Positions 12,453 through 27,400 of a DNA stretch of 64,000 nucleotides are shown here, one piece after another. A program made the position numbers and the translations under genes. The stretch is from the NCBI GenBank assembly GCA_964016885.1, contig OZ024754.1, forward strand, positions 11,222,001-11,286,000, written 5' to 3'. Each line of letters begins with the position of its first letter. Position 1 is the stretch's first letter. The DNA is from Eledone cirrhosa (Eukaryota). The notes beneath the pieces are model-generated. The model worked only from the letters and a program-made list of their open reading frames with translations, was not told where the DNA came from and made no database searches.

Positions 12453-15400
12453 TTTTTTTGACATTATTTTATTTCATAGTAAGCAGTAGCTCGTGTGACA
12501 ATCATCAGCTTGTGTAGATGTCCTCAGCATTGTGAAAACCAGTGACTTCGCAAATGATCAATTATTAATTCAATAATGGGTTGGCACACCTGCTCCAGTT
12601 AGTAGAGTAATGATATGATAATGAAAATTATTGTATACAGTGCTCAGGTGCACTACAACTCATCAAAGGTGCATGTATAGTAGATAGAATAATGGTTAAA
12701 TGTCAGGAAAGCGAGCAGTGTATAAGTCATGATGTACACTCAGATACATGTGTGTATGTGTGTGTATGGAGGGGAAATATCAGGTGAAGTGTTGCCGAAT
12801 CTATGAGTATGCAGGTGTGGTGAGCTACATATATTCTAGTCATTAAAAAAAGCATAATGAATGCTTCACCTTCAATGGAAGGCTGACTCGAGAAGATTTT
12901 ATTTCAAAATTTGCTAATCAAAAAGTTAATGCCACATATACTCATTTGAAAATTTTAAACTTTTTTTTTTGTTGGTTTTTATTTTATTTTTTTTTTAGAT
13001 TAAATTTCAACTCCTCAAATTCCATGATTTTGGAAGTTTAAAATTTTTTGATGATAAAACAAATGTAACCAGCTTCTTTTTTTTTTTTTTTTTTTTTATA
13101 GATATTTCTTACTGTAATTTAAAATTTAAAAAGCTTTTTAAAGAAGATTTAAAACTATTTGAAGGCTATTTTCATTCCAATCACATTGATTTGAAAATAC
13201 ATTTCTATTCAGGAGAAAACAAAGGATTCAGAGTCACAAGAAAAAGAGAAGGCAGCTGAGACTCAGCCAAAAGTACCTGAAACATCTGCAGAAAGTCATG
13301 GTAAATTTCTACTTAGATTATTTTATTACTAACTCAAATACTTGGGATTTAAGTTTAAATAATGTTTTTTATTATTTTTCTTTTAATTTGGTGCTGGTGC
13401 CAGTGCTAATGGCAGCTACAGTTGCCGCAGACTGTTGTGTTGCTCCCATCATGGGACCTGGCCTTTGCTTTTCATCCCTTTGAGGTTGATTAAAAAAGTC
13501 CCAGTCCAGGACTGGGATCAATTCTTCTCTAAAACACTTTCTGACTTTCTATCTTTCTCTGGAAGAAATCTGCTGCGTTCAGACCTGGAGAGGGATAGGC
13601 TCCGCCAGGTCAGACCTGGAGAGGGATAGGCTCCGCCAGGTCAGACCTGGAGAGGGGTGGGTGCCGCCAGGTCAGACCTGGAGAGGGGTGGGTGCCGCCA
13701 GGTCAGACCTGGAGAGGGGTGGGCGCCGCCAGGTCAGACCTGGAGAGGGGTGGGCTCTGCCAGGCTTAAAATACCCAAGAAATGCCATATCCCACTACAG
13801 CGCCCCCACAACCCTATCAGGAGTTGTGGGGGCGCTGTAGTGGGATATGGCATTTCTTGAGGTTGATTAAAAAAGTCCTATCAGGAGTTGTGGGACTAAT
13901 TGTTTCATTAAGATGGCATCTATAACATTATAAAATGTTCTTATATAAAATTCTATTGGAAGGTATTAATTTAAATAAATACCTTTAAAATGGGTGGTTT
14001 TGTACCTTAGAGACATGGGATTTGGGACATATTAGTATCAAAAGGGTGACACATTGATGCTATAAAACTCTCAGGCTTTGGACATCCATGTTATAAAAGA
14101 AAATTAATTGTTACAAGACAAAAATAATCACTTTTTTTTTATACCAACCAGGTCCAAACCAGCACTGGTTCTAAGAAACAAAGCCACTCAGCTTAAAGGG
14201 TTTTGATTTGCATTATATCTTCAAACATAATTTTATATAAGAATTGTATCTTAAGTTACTATCTGAGTAATGAAATCATTAATAATGTCAGTGAATCCTT
14301 CAAAATTCATCATAAACTAATTGAAATAGTATGTTTCATTAAAAAACGGTTAATTAGTTGGTGTTAAATTTCGAGCGATTGCTTATTAATGAATCTAGAA
14401 TAAATTTTTGACTTCTAAAATTTTTTCAATATTTTTTTTTTTTTTTTTGAAAGTATGATAAAATGATGATTTTTAAAAAAATTTAGTTGATGCGAAGTCT
14501 GAAGATAAGGATGACACTTCTCGAGGTGGAAGTGCTGAGCCTGAAACAAATAACAAGAAAAAGAAAAAGGCTAAAAAAGAAAAGGAAGAAGTTGTGAAAA
14601 AACCTAAAGGCCAGGTAAATTGTGTATAATTTACTCATGTAGATATTAATTCATTTGTCTTGCTTTATGTGTGTAACTGGGTAGATGGAAATTGTTTTGG
14701 AAGCATGTCAGATGGCCTGTACCTGTAATTCCAAGTCCCAGCCTCGTCACACATTTGTGTCACATGTAACAGGCAGCTCGTACTGATGTTAAGGTATTGT
14801 TCTTAAAATAAATATCAAAATCTCTTAGCTTCAATATTATGTGAGGTAATTATGTGTGATAAAGCCTTTACCACGAAAATACAATAGTAAATATAGAGTG
14901 TTGTAAATGGTAAAGATGGTAAAGGGTTAAAAGTACACGTGTCTGTGGAATACTCAGCCAGTTACACATTAATTTCACAGGCAGGTTTTTCTGTTGGTCA
15001 GACAACTGGAACACTGATCATCAAAATCAACAGAGGTCAATTCCATATTTGTGCAACGTGTTTTATAATTTTCAACCAATGCAAGTGTGAAACAATGGAC
15101 ATATAAGTTGATGATGATGCTAGAATACTGCTATATCTGTTCATGAGTTGTGGTAAATATTTTCCAGGTACTAGTTGCCTTATAAATCAACAAATTTATG
15201 TAATGATAGGCAGCAGTACACTTGAGTTCTTTTGAAAGATCTAGATATATCAAAGCTATCTAGTTATAGCATATGAATCAAAGAAAACATGACTTTATTG
15301 ACAATGGGTTGGGAGGACCCTCAATTGTGTCAAAGACATGGCTACCTTTCCTGTGTACTCGGTGGAATGTGTGACCGTACATAAGCGAGGTGCAGATCCC

Positions 15401-18400
15401 TGGCTTGTCTGAGAGATCAGTAGCCCCACTTCAGTACTAACTTGGTCTATGTAGACCTGTCCGACCCTTGCTAAGCAGGAAAAGCAGACATTAAAACAAT
15501 GAGGATGATGAGAGAATTATAAGTAAATTCAGTTCAACACGTTTTTAGTTTGAGTTAATCATTAGTTGCTTAAGAACAAAGTGTTTAACCAGTAATCTTG
15601 AAACAGAATCAAGCCAAGATAAAATTTTCCAGAGTAGTATGGATATCAGGAAATTTCTCTTTTATAATAATTTGCTGCATTGTTGGAAAACCTATTAAAC
15701 TAAATACTTTGCTAAATTCTTGTCAAGAACTACACTTCTTTGGATATCCTTTATACAAATATTGATGGGAGTCAACAATAAAGACATAAATAAATACTTT
15801 TATGACTGACCTATACAAGCATGGAGAAGGAGACATAAAGGATGATGGTGGCCTTTCTCAGCTTGGAAAAAAATTAAGATTTTATTTTTATTTTTATTTT
15901 TATTTTTATTTTTATTTTTATTTTTATTTTTATTTTTATTTTTATTTTTATATATTCCTCTCAGATTGCAAAGATAAAAGAAGCTTTAGAAAAAATGAAA
16001 GAAGAAGAAGAAAGGTTACGAAAAGAAGAGCAAGAAAAAGAAAGATTATTTGCAGAAATGCAAAGGAAGAAAGAGGAACAGGTATCTAAACAATTATTTT
16101 ACATTTTTCAATGTATTCTTTCTCAACAAATTACACAATAAAAGTTATTTTTAAATATAGGGCATTTTCATTCTTTTGTCTTCATTTTCAGAATTACATT
16201 AAATTCTTTTCTGTGAATTAGTGTTTTTTAGAATAGATACAGTGTATCTCTGCGTATCATAAAAGACAACTAAAAGGGTTGTCTTGTACGTCACCTTTTC
16301 TTTATTTCCTTTTTTCAGTCACTTCTATGTGTCCAACACACTTCTCCTTGTCCTCTTTCAGTCATTTCTATATTTCATCTGCCTGTCACCCACCTTGTGG
16401 ATTGTCTTTCTGTTGACCACTGGTTGCTCGTCTCTGTCCTCTCGGGTATTTTTGCCCACTGCTGTCTTTGACAACATTTAGCTGTTTTAATGGCTGTTCT
16501 AGCGATCAGTTTTCTCCTTTATATATATTTGTGTTAAGAAAAAGGTTAAAATATAACTTGTTTAATATGTACATACCTTTACATAAAAACCTTTGCAGTT
16601 ATATTAATAAACAATAAATTTGTTTCATCCTGTAGCTAACTTAATTTGGCTTCATTCTTTCTTGTATCATTGGTTACTTTTTTTTTCATTATAGAAACTG
16701 TCTGCTTACCTTAACTTATAAAATATTTGCTTATTTCTAGAGATTGATAGAAGAAGAAAGAAAACGAAGGAAAAAGCAAAAAGAGAAAGAAAAGAAAGAA
16801 CAGCTAAAAGCTGAAGGAAAGTTGCTAACTGAGAAGCAGAAGCATGACCGCATGCGTGCCCAGCAAATGTTGGATGCAATGAGAAGCCAAGGTAATTTGA
16901 AGAGGAAAAGAGTCTTAGTCCTTCATTGGAAGAGAGGTTGAGTGATAGAAGAAGGAAAAGAAATATAGATGAGAGTAAAGAAGTAAGAAACTAGAGGAAA
17001 GCACGTGTATTATGATGATTACTTGGCTGCTAGTATCAGTAGGTTGAACAAGGGTAGAAACGACCATATAATGTTCTCAATCTAGAACAAGGAATAATCA
17101 AATAACTGGTGAGGAATAGAAGAGTTTGGGGGCACTAGTTGAACCCTTGCTAACAGGGAGGAAAATGTATGTTAAACGATGATGATGATAAAAATATCAG
17201 ATGAATTGTGGAGATTTAGTGATGTAACTAATGTTCTCATCATTAAGCTGTGTTTGGAACATAATTTAACAAAGGTCATTACATAAAATTACAATGGAAG
17301 AGTTGTAGATAGATATTAGCACTTTAAAATAAACAGCTTTGTATTGGGGAACCAGAGACGCTTTCAGTTAAACTTGGTATCAAATGGGTTAAGAATATGA
17401 AATACTTGAGAGCAGAAGTTGAGAGAAATGAAGAGGGCGGAGACAGGTTAAATGATAGACTATAGGTGTGAAAGTACATGGTTTAATGGTTAGTGCATTG
17501 GGCTTGCAATCATGAGGTTGTGAGTTTGATTCTCAGACCAGGTGGTGCGTTGTGTCCTTGAACAAGACACTTTATTTCACATTGCTCCAGTTCACTCAGC
17601 TGTAGAAATGAGTTGCGACGTCACTGGTGCCAAGCTGTATCGGCCATTGCCTTTCCCTTGGACAACATCTGTGGCATGGAGAGAGAAGACTGGTATGCAT
17701 GGGTGACTGCTGGTCTTCCTCAAACAACATTGCTCAGGCTTGTACCTCAAAGGAGGACTTTCTATGTGCAAATCCCTTGGTCATTCATGACCAAAGAGGG
17801 TCTTTACCCTTTTTTATAGGGAGGGAGGGGGGCATTAATTGTGGCTGAATTGTTGGTCAGAAATAAGAGAGACAAACTTTCCTTGCAGTTAGCTAATAGA
17901 GTAAAAGAAAATAATGTGAAAAAAAAACGTTTTTTTCTCTCATAGTTTTCAACCTTTGAATTACATTGAGATCTTGCAGATTTTTATTTTTTGTTCACAC
18001 AGAATGATTGTATGAAACATTCTGGTTGTTGTGTCATCATTTTCTAATTATGTTTGAACTCTTGTTTTAGGTTTAGAGTTGCCTGTTAAAGATGATAGTG
18101 CCCCTAAGAAAAGAATTGTTTATACTGATAAAAAAAAAAAGAGGACACAAGTTGATGGTATGTATTAGTCTTTTTTTTTTTTCCTTTTAATTTTCAGTTA
18201 AAATCTCTGTTGACCAATTTGGTCAAAACCCCCAGCTACTGCTGGTTCTCAGTTTCTACTAAATATACTAGAGCTACTTGAAATTTACAGCTGCTTAAAT
18301 TATTTTGCGGCTTGTTATGCTGTTGTTTTGTTATATTTACATGATTGTATCTCTTAAATATATTTTTCTGTGATATATTTACACTTTACTCTCTAGCTGA

Positions 18401-21400
18401 TTCTAAGAAAGACGATAACACTGTCAGCGATGAAACAAAAACTGATGAAAAGGGTTCTGCAACGGATAAGAAACCTGTAGAAATAATAGAGGAAGTGAAG
18501 GAAAGCTGGGATATAAGTAGTGAAGAAGAATCAGGTAATTTTGACTTCTGTCTCTTTCTCCTCTCCCTCTGTCTATCCATCTATCAAGCTGTATTTTTAT
18601 GTCAGACATATTGTCCATTTGAGTGAAATTATAAAAAATTGAATTTTATATATTTGTTATCTTATATCTCTACTTTTATAGAAACTGATAATAATAAAGA
18701 AAAATCAAATGAAGAAGAGTCTTCATCATCCTCCTCTTCTTCTGAGAGCGACATAGAGGACTTTTCACCTATTGAAAAAGCTCGAGAAAGAATATTAGTA
18801 AGTAAAAGTTTAAACAAACAAAATATTAAAGAAAAATATTGTATTCTGTTTACTGTAAAGTGGAAATGGTGGTGCCACAAAGGAATGCACCCAGTTCACC
18901 ATGTAAGGTGGTTGGTGATATGAAGGGCATCTCACTATTGAAACCATGCTAAATATAGAATGTATGAGAATAAGGAAATTGCTCCGACCCATCTGGTCTG
19001 GGACCAGGACAGTCTGTACAACTCATACCAACATGGAAAGTAGATGTAAAATGATGAGGATGTTTCTAGTGCTTGGAGGCATTCTTTAATATGGTACAGT
19101 CCTGTTTCCAATGGCATTCCATACACATGTCCCTTAGTACAGTCCTGTTGCCAATAGCATTCCATATACTTCTCCTTTAGTACAGTCCTGTTGCCAATGG
19201 CATTCCATACACATCTCCCTTTGTACAGTCCTGTTGCCAATGGCATTCCATACACATCTCCCTTTGTACAGTCCTGTTGCCAATGGCATTCCATACACAT
19301 CTCCCTTTGTACAGTCCTGTTGCCAATGGCATTCCATACACATCTCCCTTTGTACAGTCCTGTTGCCAATGGCATTCCATACACATCTCCCTTTGTACAG
19401 TCCTGTTGCCAATGGCATTCCATACATATCTCCCTTTGTACAGTCCTGTTGCCAATGGCATTCCATACACATGTCCCTTTGTACAGTCCTGTTGCCAATG
19501 GCCAATGGCATTCCATATACATCTCCCTTTGTACAGTCTTGTTGCCAATGGCATTCCATACACATCACCCTTAGTACAGTCCTGTTGCCAATGGCATTCC
19601 ATACACATCTCCCTTGCACTATTTTTGTTTGTCTCCCCACCCTTTCATTTATCTATATTGCTATCATACTGGAATCACTGTATATAATTCTTATAAAATT
19701 TTTACTAGTTTAGATAATACATTTAGCTGTTCTGTTTTACAATAATTACTATACCTTTTTTATAGATAATGTGACATTTCTAATTCAGTAATTGTAAAAA
19801 AATACCATATTCAAAATTCTTGTTACTTTTAGATATGAATTTAAATTTAGTTATATTTATTATTTTGTCTCTCGTGCTTAGAGACTTACATCAACGTTAA
19901 ATTATATGATGATGTATGTCCTTGATATTGTAACAAATTTGAAAGAGAATAAAAATAGAGCAACAAAAATTACTGCATGGTACAATATTACTATGGCTGT
20001 TTATGTAGTATTTGTAAATACTAAGCCCAATAGTGGACTAGTTAATGAGTTTTTAAGAAAATCTTGTAGTATAACTAATCTCAGTTTCATATATATTCTG
20101 TCAACATTATGGGTTGATCACAGTATACAAAAGTATAAAGCTAGCCTTAACTGTAAGTCTGGGTTGAATAAGCACCAGTGGTCTGAAATAACGGTTTTTT
20201 AACTTCCAAATATTCACTGCTTTTTTTTTTTTTTTTTTTTTCTTCTTCCATTTTTTTTAGAAACGAAGAGAAGCTGCTGAGAAAAAACGTAGAATCGATG
20301 TACTTCGTGCTGCCGTTGTGTGTGTTTTGGGACATGTTGATACAGGGAAAACCAAGATTTTAGACAAGGTATTCATATTTGAACTTATTTGTCTATTTTT
20401 AACCTTTTTGTTACCATATTTCTAATGAAAAACATTGCCTATGTGTTTATTTATTAATTACCACTATATTCCTCCAACAGTTAAGTTACTATAGTTACCA
20501 TCATATTCCTCCAACAGTTAAGTTACTATAGTTACCACTATATTCCTCCAACAGTTAAGTTACTATAGTTACCATCATATTCCTCCAACAGTTAAGTTAC
20601 TATAGTTACCACTATATTCCTCCAACAGTTAAGTTACTATAGTTACCATCATATTCCTCCAACAGTTAAGTTACTATAGTTACCACTATATTCCTCCAAC
20701 AGTTAAGTTACTATAGTTACCATCATATTCCTCCAACAGTTAAGTTACTATAGTTACCACTATATTCCTCCAACAGTTAAGTTACTATAGTTACCACTAT
20801 ATTCTTCCAACATTTAGGTTACTATAGTTACCACTATATTCCTCCAACAGTTAAGTTACTATAGTTACCACTATATTCCTCCAACAGTTAAGTTACTATA
20901 GTTACCACTATATTCTTCCAACATTTAGGTTACTATAGTTACCACTATATTCCTCCAACAGTTAAGTTACTATAGTTACCACTATATTCCTCCAACAGTT
21001 AAGTTACTATAGTTACCACTATATTCTTCCAACATTTAGGTTACTATAGTTACCACTATATTCCTCCAACAGTTAAATTACTATAGTTACCACTATATTC
21101 CTCCAACAGTTAAGTTACTATAGTTACTATAGTTACCACTATATTCTTCCAACATTTAGGTTGCTAAAGTTACCACTATATTCCTCCAACAGTTAAATTA
21201 CTATAGTTACCACTATATTCCTCCAACAGTTAAGTTACTATAGTTACCATTATATTCCTCCAACAGTTAAGTTACTATAGTTACCATTATATTCCTCCAA
21301 CAGTTAAGTTACTATAGTTACCACTATATTCCTCCAACAGTTAAGTTACTATAGTTACCACTATATTCCTCCAACAGTTAAGTTACTATAGTTACCATTA

Positions 21401-24400
21401 TATTCCTCCAACAGTTAAGAAGAACCAATGTTCAAGATGGCGAAGCAGGAGGTATTACACAACAAATTGGTGCTACTAATGTTCCACATGATGCCCTTAA
21501 AGAAGCTACTAAAATGGTGAAAGAAGTAAGTTTTATGTATCATATTCTAATTTGTTTTTAATACTAATCCCTCTCCCCTTTCCCATTTTTGATTTCCCTT
21601 TCCTGTTTCTCATCTAACTAATGCCAGCATTGAAAGATAGATGCTACCCAAAAAGGTACTGCCAGGCACCAACCATTCTCTTCAATGCCACTCCTGTGGC
21701 CCAACTCTTTATCTTCCCCCTCACACCCCTGATTCCCCTTCTCCATGCCCAACCCATGCCAGCATGGAAAGACAGGTGCACCCATCAATGTATTGCCAGG
21801 CATCACTCACTATTTTTAAGGCCACCCCCATGTCACAACACTTACTCTCTCCATTTCCCATTGTGGGATGACTGCTTCCCTTGGATAGTAACATGTAGCT
21901 TGCCACCTCTGCACCTTACTCTCGTCTCATCTTACTCCCACCATGCAAAACTATGTGTGACGATTATCTACTGTATCTTGCTTGAGGCCTGAAATTTGGC
22001 AAATGATTAAGAATATATGTCAGATTGGTTGTGTCTCTACTCCAGTCTACATGACTCAGTGTTATAAATAAATTTCTGTTGATAATGTTATGTGCAAAAA
22101 CAACTGCTTGAGCAGAATTCAATTCTCCTGCCAAACAGACCTCTCTATGGACTGGATACCATTCTTATCACAAACTATTTTACAGAGTGTACTGGATGTC
22201 TTTTATTGTGATTAGAGAAGTTAGTGTGTCTTTAATCCAACCACAGAGTATATGTGGCATTTATTTGAAGAAATATTTCAGAATAATCACAATTTTGTGT
22301 TTCCCAAGAAATTTATTCAAATATTTCAATGATGAATATTTACTGAAAATTGTCTGGGTAATTAGTGTTGGAGCGTCCCTACGAATCCATCAGGAGTTAA
22401 GCCCCCCACCCCCACCCACCCAAATATTTACTGTCGAGTAGTTGATTAGAATTTCTGTTCCACAATGAATTTCCTTTTATTATTGAATTTCAGAGAGCAC
22501 CTCTAAAGTTACCAGGTTTGTTGATAATTGATACACCTGGCCACGAGTCATTTAGGTAAGGTGAAATCATCATCATCATCATCATCATTTAACATCTATT
22601 TTTCAACACTTGCATGTTTTGAACTATAATTATCTTTTAACTCTAAACTTCCAGTACTACATGAAACTACTTTAGCAAGACATTCTAGTGAAGTATAAAA
22701 CAGGATTATGACTGTATTACATTGAAAATTAAACTTTTTACTTTAGTTTATTTCAAATTTTCATAATTATCTATCCAGTAGTAAAGATACTCTAAACGAA
22801 CTTGTTTTTGAATCGTGGTTATTGTTTAACAAAGCAATTGTGGTTTGTGAGTTAAACCGTCTTGTAACAATAATCAGCACATTGAATGTAAGATTTGGCA
22901 CTAGTTCTTGTAACATTAATCATAAATTTCATTATATATGTATAAAACTCATGTATAAAGGCCAGACTCTTAACTGTAAACTCAAAGAACTTCTAGAAAT
23001 GTCTGTTCTATTGAAGAAAAGGTACCTGCTGTAAAAATAGTATGCAAGTGTTAAATTTAATGAAGCATGAAAAGATATTGTAAATCTCTTCTGTGCCTGA
23101 GCATACCATTCTTTATATTTGTTTTAAATATCACCATATAAAATGAGTTATAAACCAATCTTCAGCAGAAATTGATAGCAGAATTTTATTATAGAAAAAA
23201 CTTTAAAGATTTGTGCACCATCAAAATATTATACACATTATTTGAGCTTTAAATAATATAATGGTTTCTGATTTAGGCACAAGGCCAACAATTTGGGTGG
23301 ATGGGAAAGTTGATTAAATCGACCCCAGTGCATTACTGGTGCATGGACTGATTTAGCATAGATGACAGCAAAGTGTGCTTGTGGGTATTTTGGTTACAAA
23401 AGAGATAAAATATTTCTTGGTGTGCCAAGCTGATGACTAATTAGATGTCTACTTCTTGTTTATTTTTTATTTTTTATTTTATTTTATTCTTCAGTAATCT
23501 TCGCTCCCGAGGCTCTTCATTGTGTGATATTGCAATTCTTGTGGTAGATATTATGCATGGTCTTGAACCACAAACAATTGAGTCTATTAATCTCCTTAAA
23601 GCCAGAAAGACCCCTTTTGTTATTGCATTAAACAAGGTGAGTTTGTTAAAAATCTTCTATTGATAAATATATTCCATTGCACACAGCAAGTTGTATGTGT
23701 TTTGTTCTCTTTACTCCTCAATGTTTCTTAAATCTACTGAATGTTATTTAAAATGTTAACCCTTTAGCATTTACATTACTCTATATTTACTATCGTATTT
23801 TCACTATAAAGGCTTTATCTTACATAATTATCTCACATAATATCGAATCTATGAGATTTTGATAGTATTTATTTTGAGAACAATACTTTAATATTAGTAT
23901 GAGTTGCTGGTTGGGACTGGTTTGAACAGAAAGAAGTGAGGGTATTCTGGCTGGATATGGCTGGTTTAAATGCTGAAGGGTTAATCTACTAAAAGAAACT
24001 TGTATTATAATAATTTTTTTTTTTTCAATTTCATTTCCTCCAGATTGACAGATTATTTCAGTGGAAGTCATCACCTCAAACTGATGTTTCTAACACAATC
24101 AAAAAGCAAAACACTAACACTAAAATAGAGTTTGATGAACGAAGTAAAGAAGCCATGCTTCAAATTTCTGAACAGGTTGGTTTTTATTTATTTTTTTAAT
24201 TTAACCTTTAGCATGCTAGAAATCTTTATGAATTATTTCCCTTGACACTGCATTAAGGGGAAACTACGCTATTGGCGACATATTGCAAATAGAGCTTGCT
24301 GAAGGTTAATTTTTCAGTATACAAGAAGCTTTAGAGTGTCTATCAGTTAGTGCAGAGGTCAACAATCCAAACTCTAGATTGGCAGACAAATGCTTAACAG

Positions 24401-27400
24401 TATTGGATCTTTACCTTCTGAGGTCAACTTTGCCTTTCATCCTTTTGGGGATCAGTAAAACAACAAATATCATACCAGTTAAGAACTAGTATGTTATTTT
24501 ACTGAGAGCGCATGGCTTAAGCTGACACCCTAACAACTCTGTCAATTCACTATAGGAGCTGCAGTTAAAGTATGAAAATAATCACCCATAACTGTTGCTA
24601 GTTTTCTCTGCTTCTACTGGAATGTAATTTAGATTAAATATTTTGCAAAGTTTGTAATATTTCCATTATTGTCATTTATCTTTCTTATAGGGCCTAAATA
24701 CAGCTCTCTTTTATGAAAATACAAATGTTCGTGAATACATAAATGTTGTACCAACTTCAGCCCTCACTGGTGATGGAATGGGAAATTTAATATCAACGAT
24801 ATGTGACCTCACACAGTCTCTATTGGCAAAACGGATTTCATATAGTGAAGAATTACAAGCAACTGTCATGGAAGTAAGAAGCATGGTTTTTTTTTTGGTT
24901 TTTTAATATTCTTTGAGGTTGATTACTAGTTAACTGGTTGTACAATTACCATATATACTGGAATATAAGCCAAGGAATATGTGACCCAAATATCAATGGT
25001 AGTGGTGGGGGGTCTTCACCAACTTCAGATTCTATGTAAATAAGGTTTGGATTTTTGCCCATTTCTTAAACAGAAAATAGTGGGGCCGGCCGGCTTATAT
25101 TTGAGTTTATATGGTATATCATTTCACATTGTACATTCATGTATTCCAGAATTGATTGCTATAATGGGCACTACCATGGTATTGGCTGTCAGAAGTGAAA
25201 GTATAAGAATGTGACGTCAATCTGATGTCATTCGTCAACCTTCGTTTATTTCCGTATCACCACGTGTTAGGGTTAGGGTTGTAACAGCTAGTGTAGTTTT
25301 TAAATAAGATTGTATATTATCGTTTTGTTTTAATTGTACCATAACTCTCGAAAATTATGTGGTTATTTGGTACCCATATTTTTTTTTTAATAAGTGTATC
25401 TCATCGTAAACGTATCTCTTAGAAAATCATAAATGGCTGTGTAAACCCTTACACTTTAAAACAAAATTACAAACCAATTACGTGGTCATTGAAGTTGCTA
25501 GAAATAGCATATATATTTTCATCGATTACAGGAGGCACATGGCTTAGTGGTTAGAGCATTGGCCTTGCAATCGAAAGGTTGTGAGTTCAATTCTCAGACC
25601 GGGTGATGTGTTGTTTCCTTGAGCAAGACACTTTATTTCACATTGCTCCAGTTTACTCAGCTGTAGAAATGAGATGTTAGGGACTGGGGTCCCTATCATT
25701 CCACTGCAAAGTGGTCGTGGAGGTGCCACGGCAAAAAAGCACCCAGCACTCACTGTAAATGAGGTTGGTGTTAGGAAGGGCATCCAGCTGTAGAAATCAA
25801 GCCAGAATCAGTTCCCGTCCCACCCTTGCAAGCAGGGAAAAAGCGGACGTAAAATGAAATGATGAATGATGATGACTATGGTAAACATAAATAAACGCGT
25901 GGTGATACGGAAATAAACGAAGGTTGACGAATGACATCAGACGTCACCTTCTTCTACTTTCACTTCTGACAGCAAATACCGTGGTAGTTCCCTATAATGA
26001 TTAAAAAGATTGCAGTTAAATTTAGTAATAATTGGAAGAAAATACTGTAGTGATTGTTTTCTTTTTATAGGTAAAGGCTTTACCAGGCATGGGAACCACT
26101 ATTGATGTTGTTCTTGTCAATGGCAAATTAAAAGAAGGGGATACAATTGTTGTAGCTGGCACCGAAGGACCTATTGTCACTCAAATCAGAGGCTTATTGA
26201 CACCAGAACCTATGAAGGAATTAAGAGTTAAGGTAAGGGTGTTATTCTTTTGTTCTTTTTAAAAGCTTACCACACAACTGGATCCAACCTACAATACTCA
26301 CTGTACTGTACTGCTGAATTTTCTTTCTTGCTATTTCTATATTTTGAGATGATGAATATCATCATCATCATCGTTTACCGTCTATATTCCACGCTAGCAT
26401 ACAGAAGTCAATAGAGGCAGGAGATGAAATACATTGTAACTACGAGGGTCAGTTGTAAAGTCCACTGGCTGACTGGCTGACCAAGATACTCTCATGGAAT
26501 GACCAACTGAGGTTTATTTTTCAACATAGTCTCTGGAAAGAAACAATGTAGTTATTAATAAGAAGAGTTGAAATTAATGCCTGCTAGATTTCACAGCTCT
26601 AGCTTCACTCCTTCATAGTCTATGGAATCTACACAACATAGTTTATCAGTTTACTTCTCTGATGCTGTTAACAACAGACCACTTCTTTTCTAGAGATTTC
26701 TTCATTGCCAACTCCCATTGTACTTGTGAAGGTGTGTGACCTAGTGGTAAGGGTGTTAAACTTGCGATCATAATGTCGTGGGTTTGATTCCAGGACTAGG
26801 TTGTGTGTTGTGTTCTTGAACAAAACACTTCATTTCACGTTGCTCTAGTATACTCAGCTGAAAATGAGTACCGGCACTAACTGGGAGTTAACCCTGCGAT
26901 AGACTGGTGTCCTATCCAGGGGTGAGTCTTGTACTCTTAGTTGCTTAATACCAAGGAAAATGAGTCTCGGCTTAAGAAAAGAAAAATATTCTACTTGATC
27001 AGAAATATTCCTAATCTTTTTTGACTGCCATCTATCTTTGAGATCTCTATTTTCTTAAGTCATACTAATTACTTGAAAAATGTCTGTTTTTCTAATCTTG
27101 ATAATTTTGTTTTATAAACTCCATTGTCTCTTGTTCTTATGTTAGAAACCTTTATATTCTAAGGCCAAGGTCATAATCCTTTCACCTTGCATTACCAGAT
27201 AAAAAATTAAACATTGTTTTCTTAAAGTTATCAATTTTTTAACACCTTATTCTATATTATTTACTGTAAGGTCTGTAATAAAATATTGCGAAATATTGTT
27301 TATCTAGGCATGAGAATTATTTTCTGCTACAGCCATCATATTTCTTCAAAAGCATAATCCTTCATACTTTTGTCAATTGCCAGTCTCAATATCAACATCA

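Noticed and set aside
19094-19615. CRISPR-like array (also considered for 20458, 28113, 61755)
   Set aside because: Units are contiguous with no unique spacers; no cas genes; eukaryotic context.
26071-26076. Recursive splice sites AG|GT at exon starts (26071, 31757, 18071)
   Set aside because: The bases are dictated by conserved codons and the introns are short; no independent evidence.
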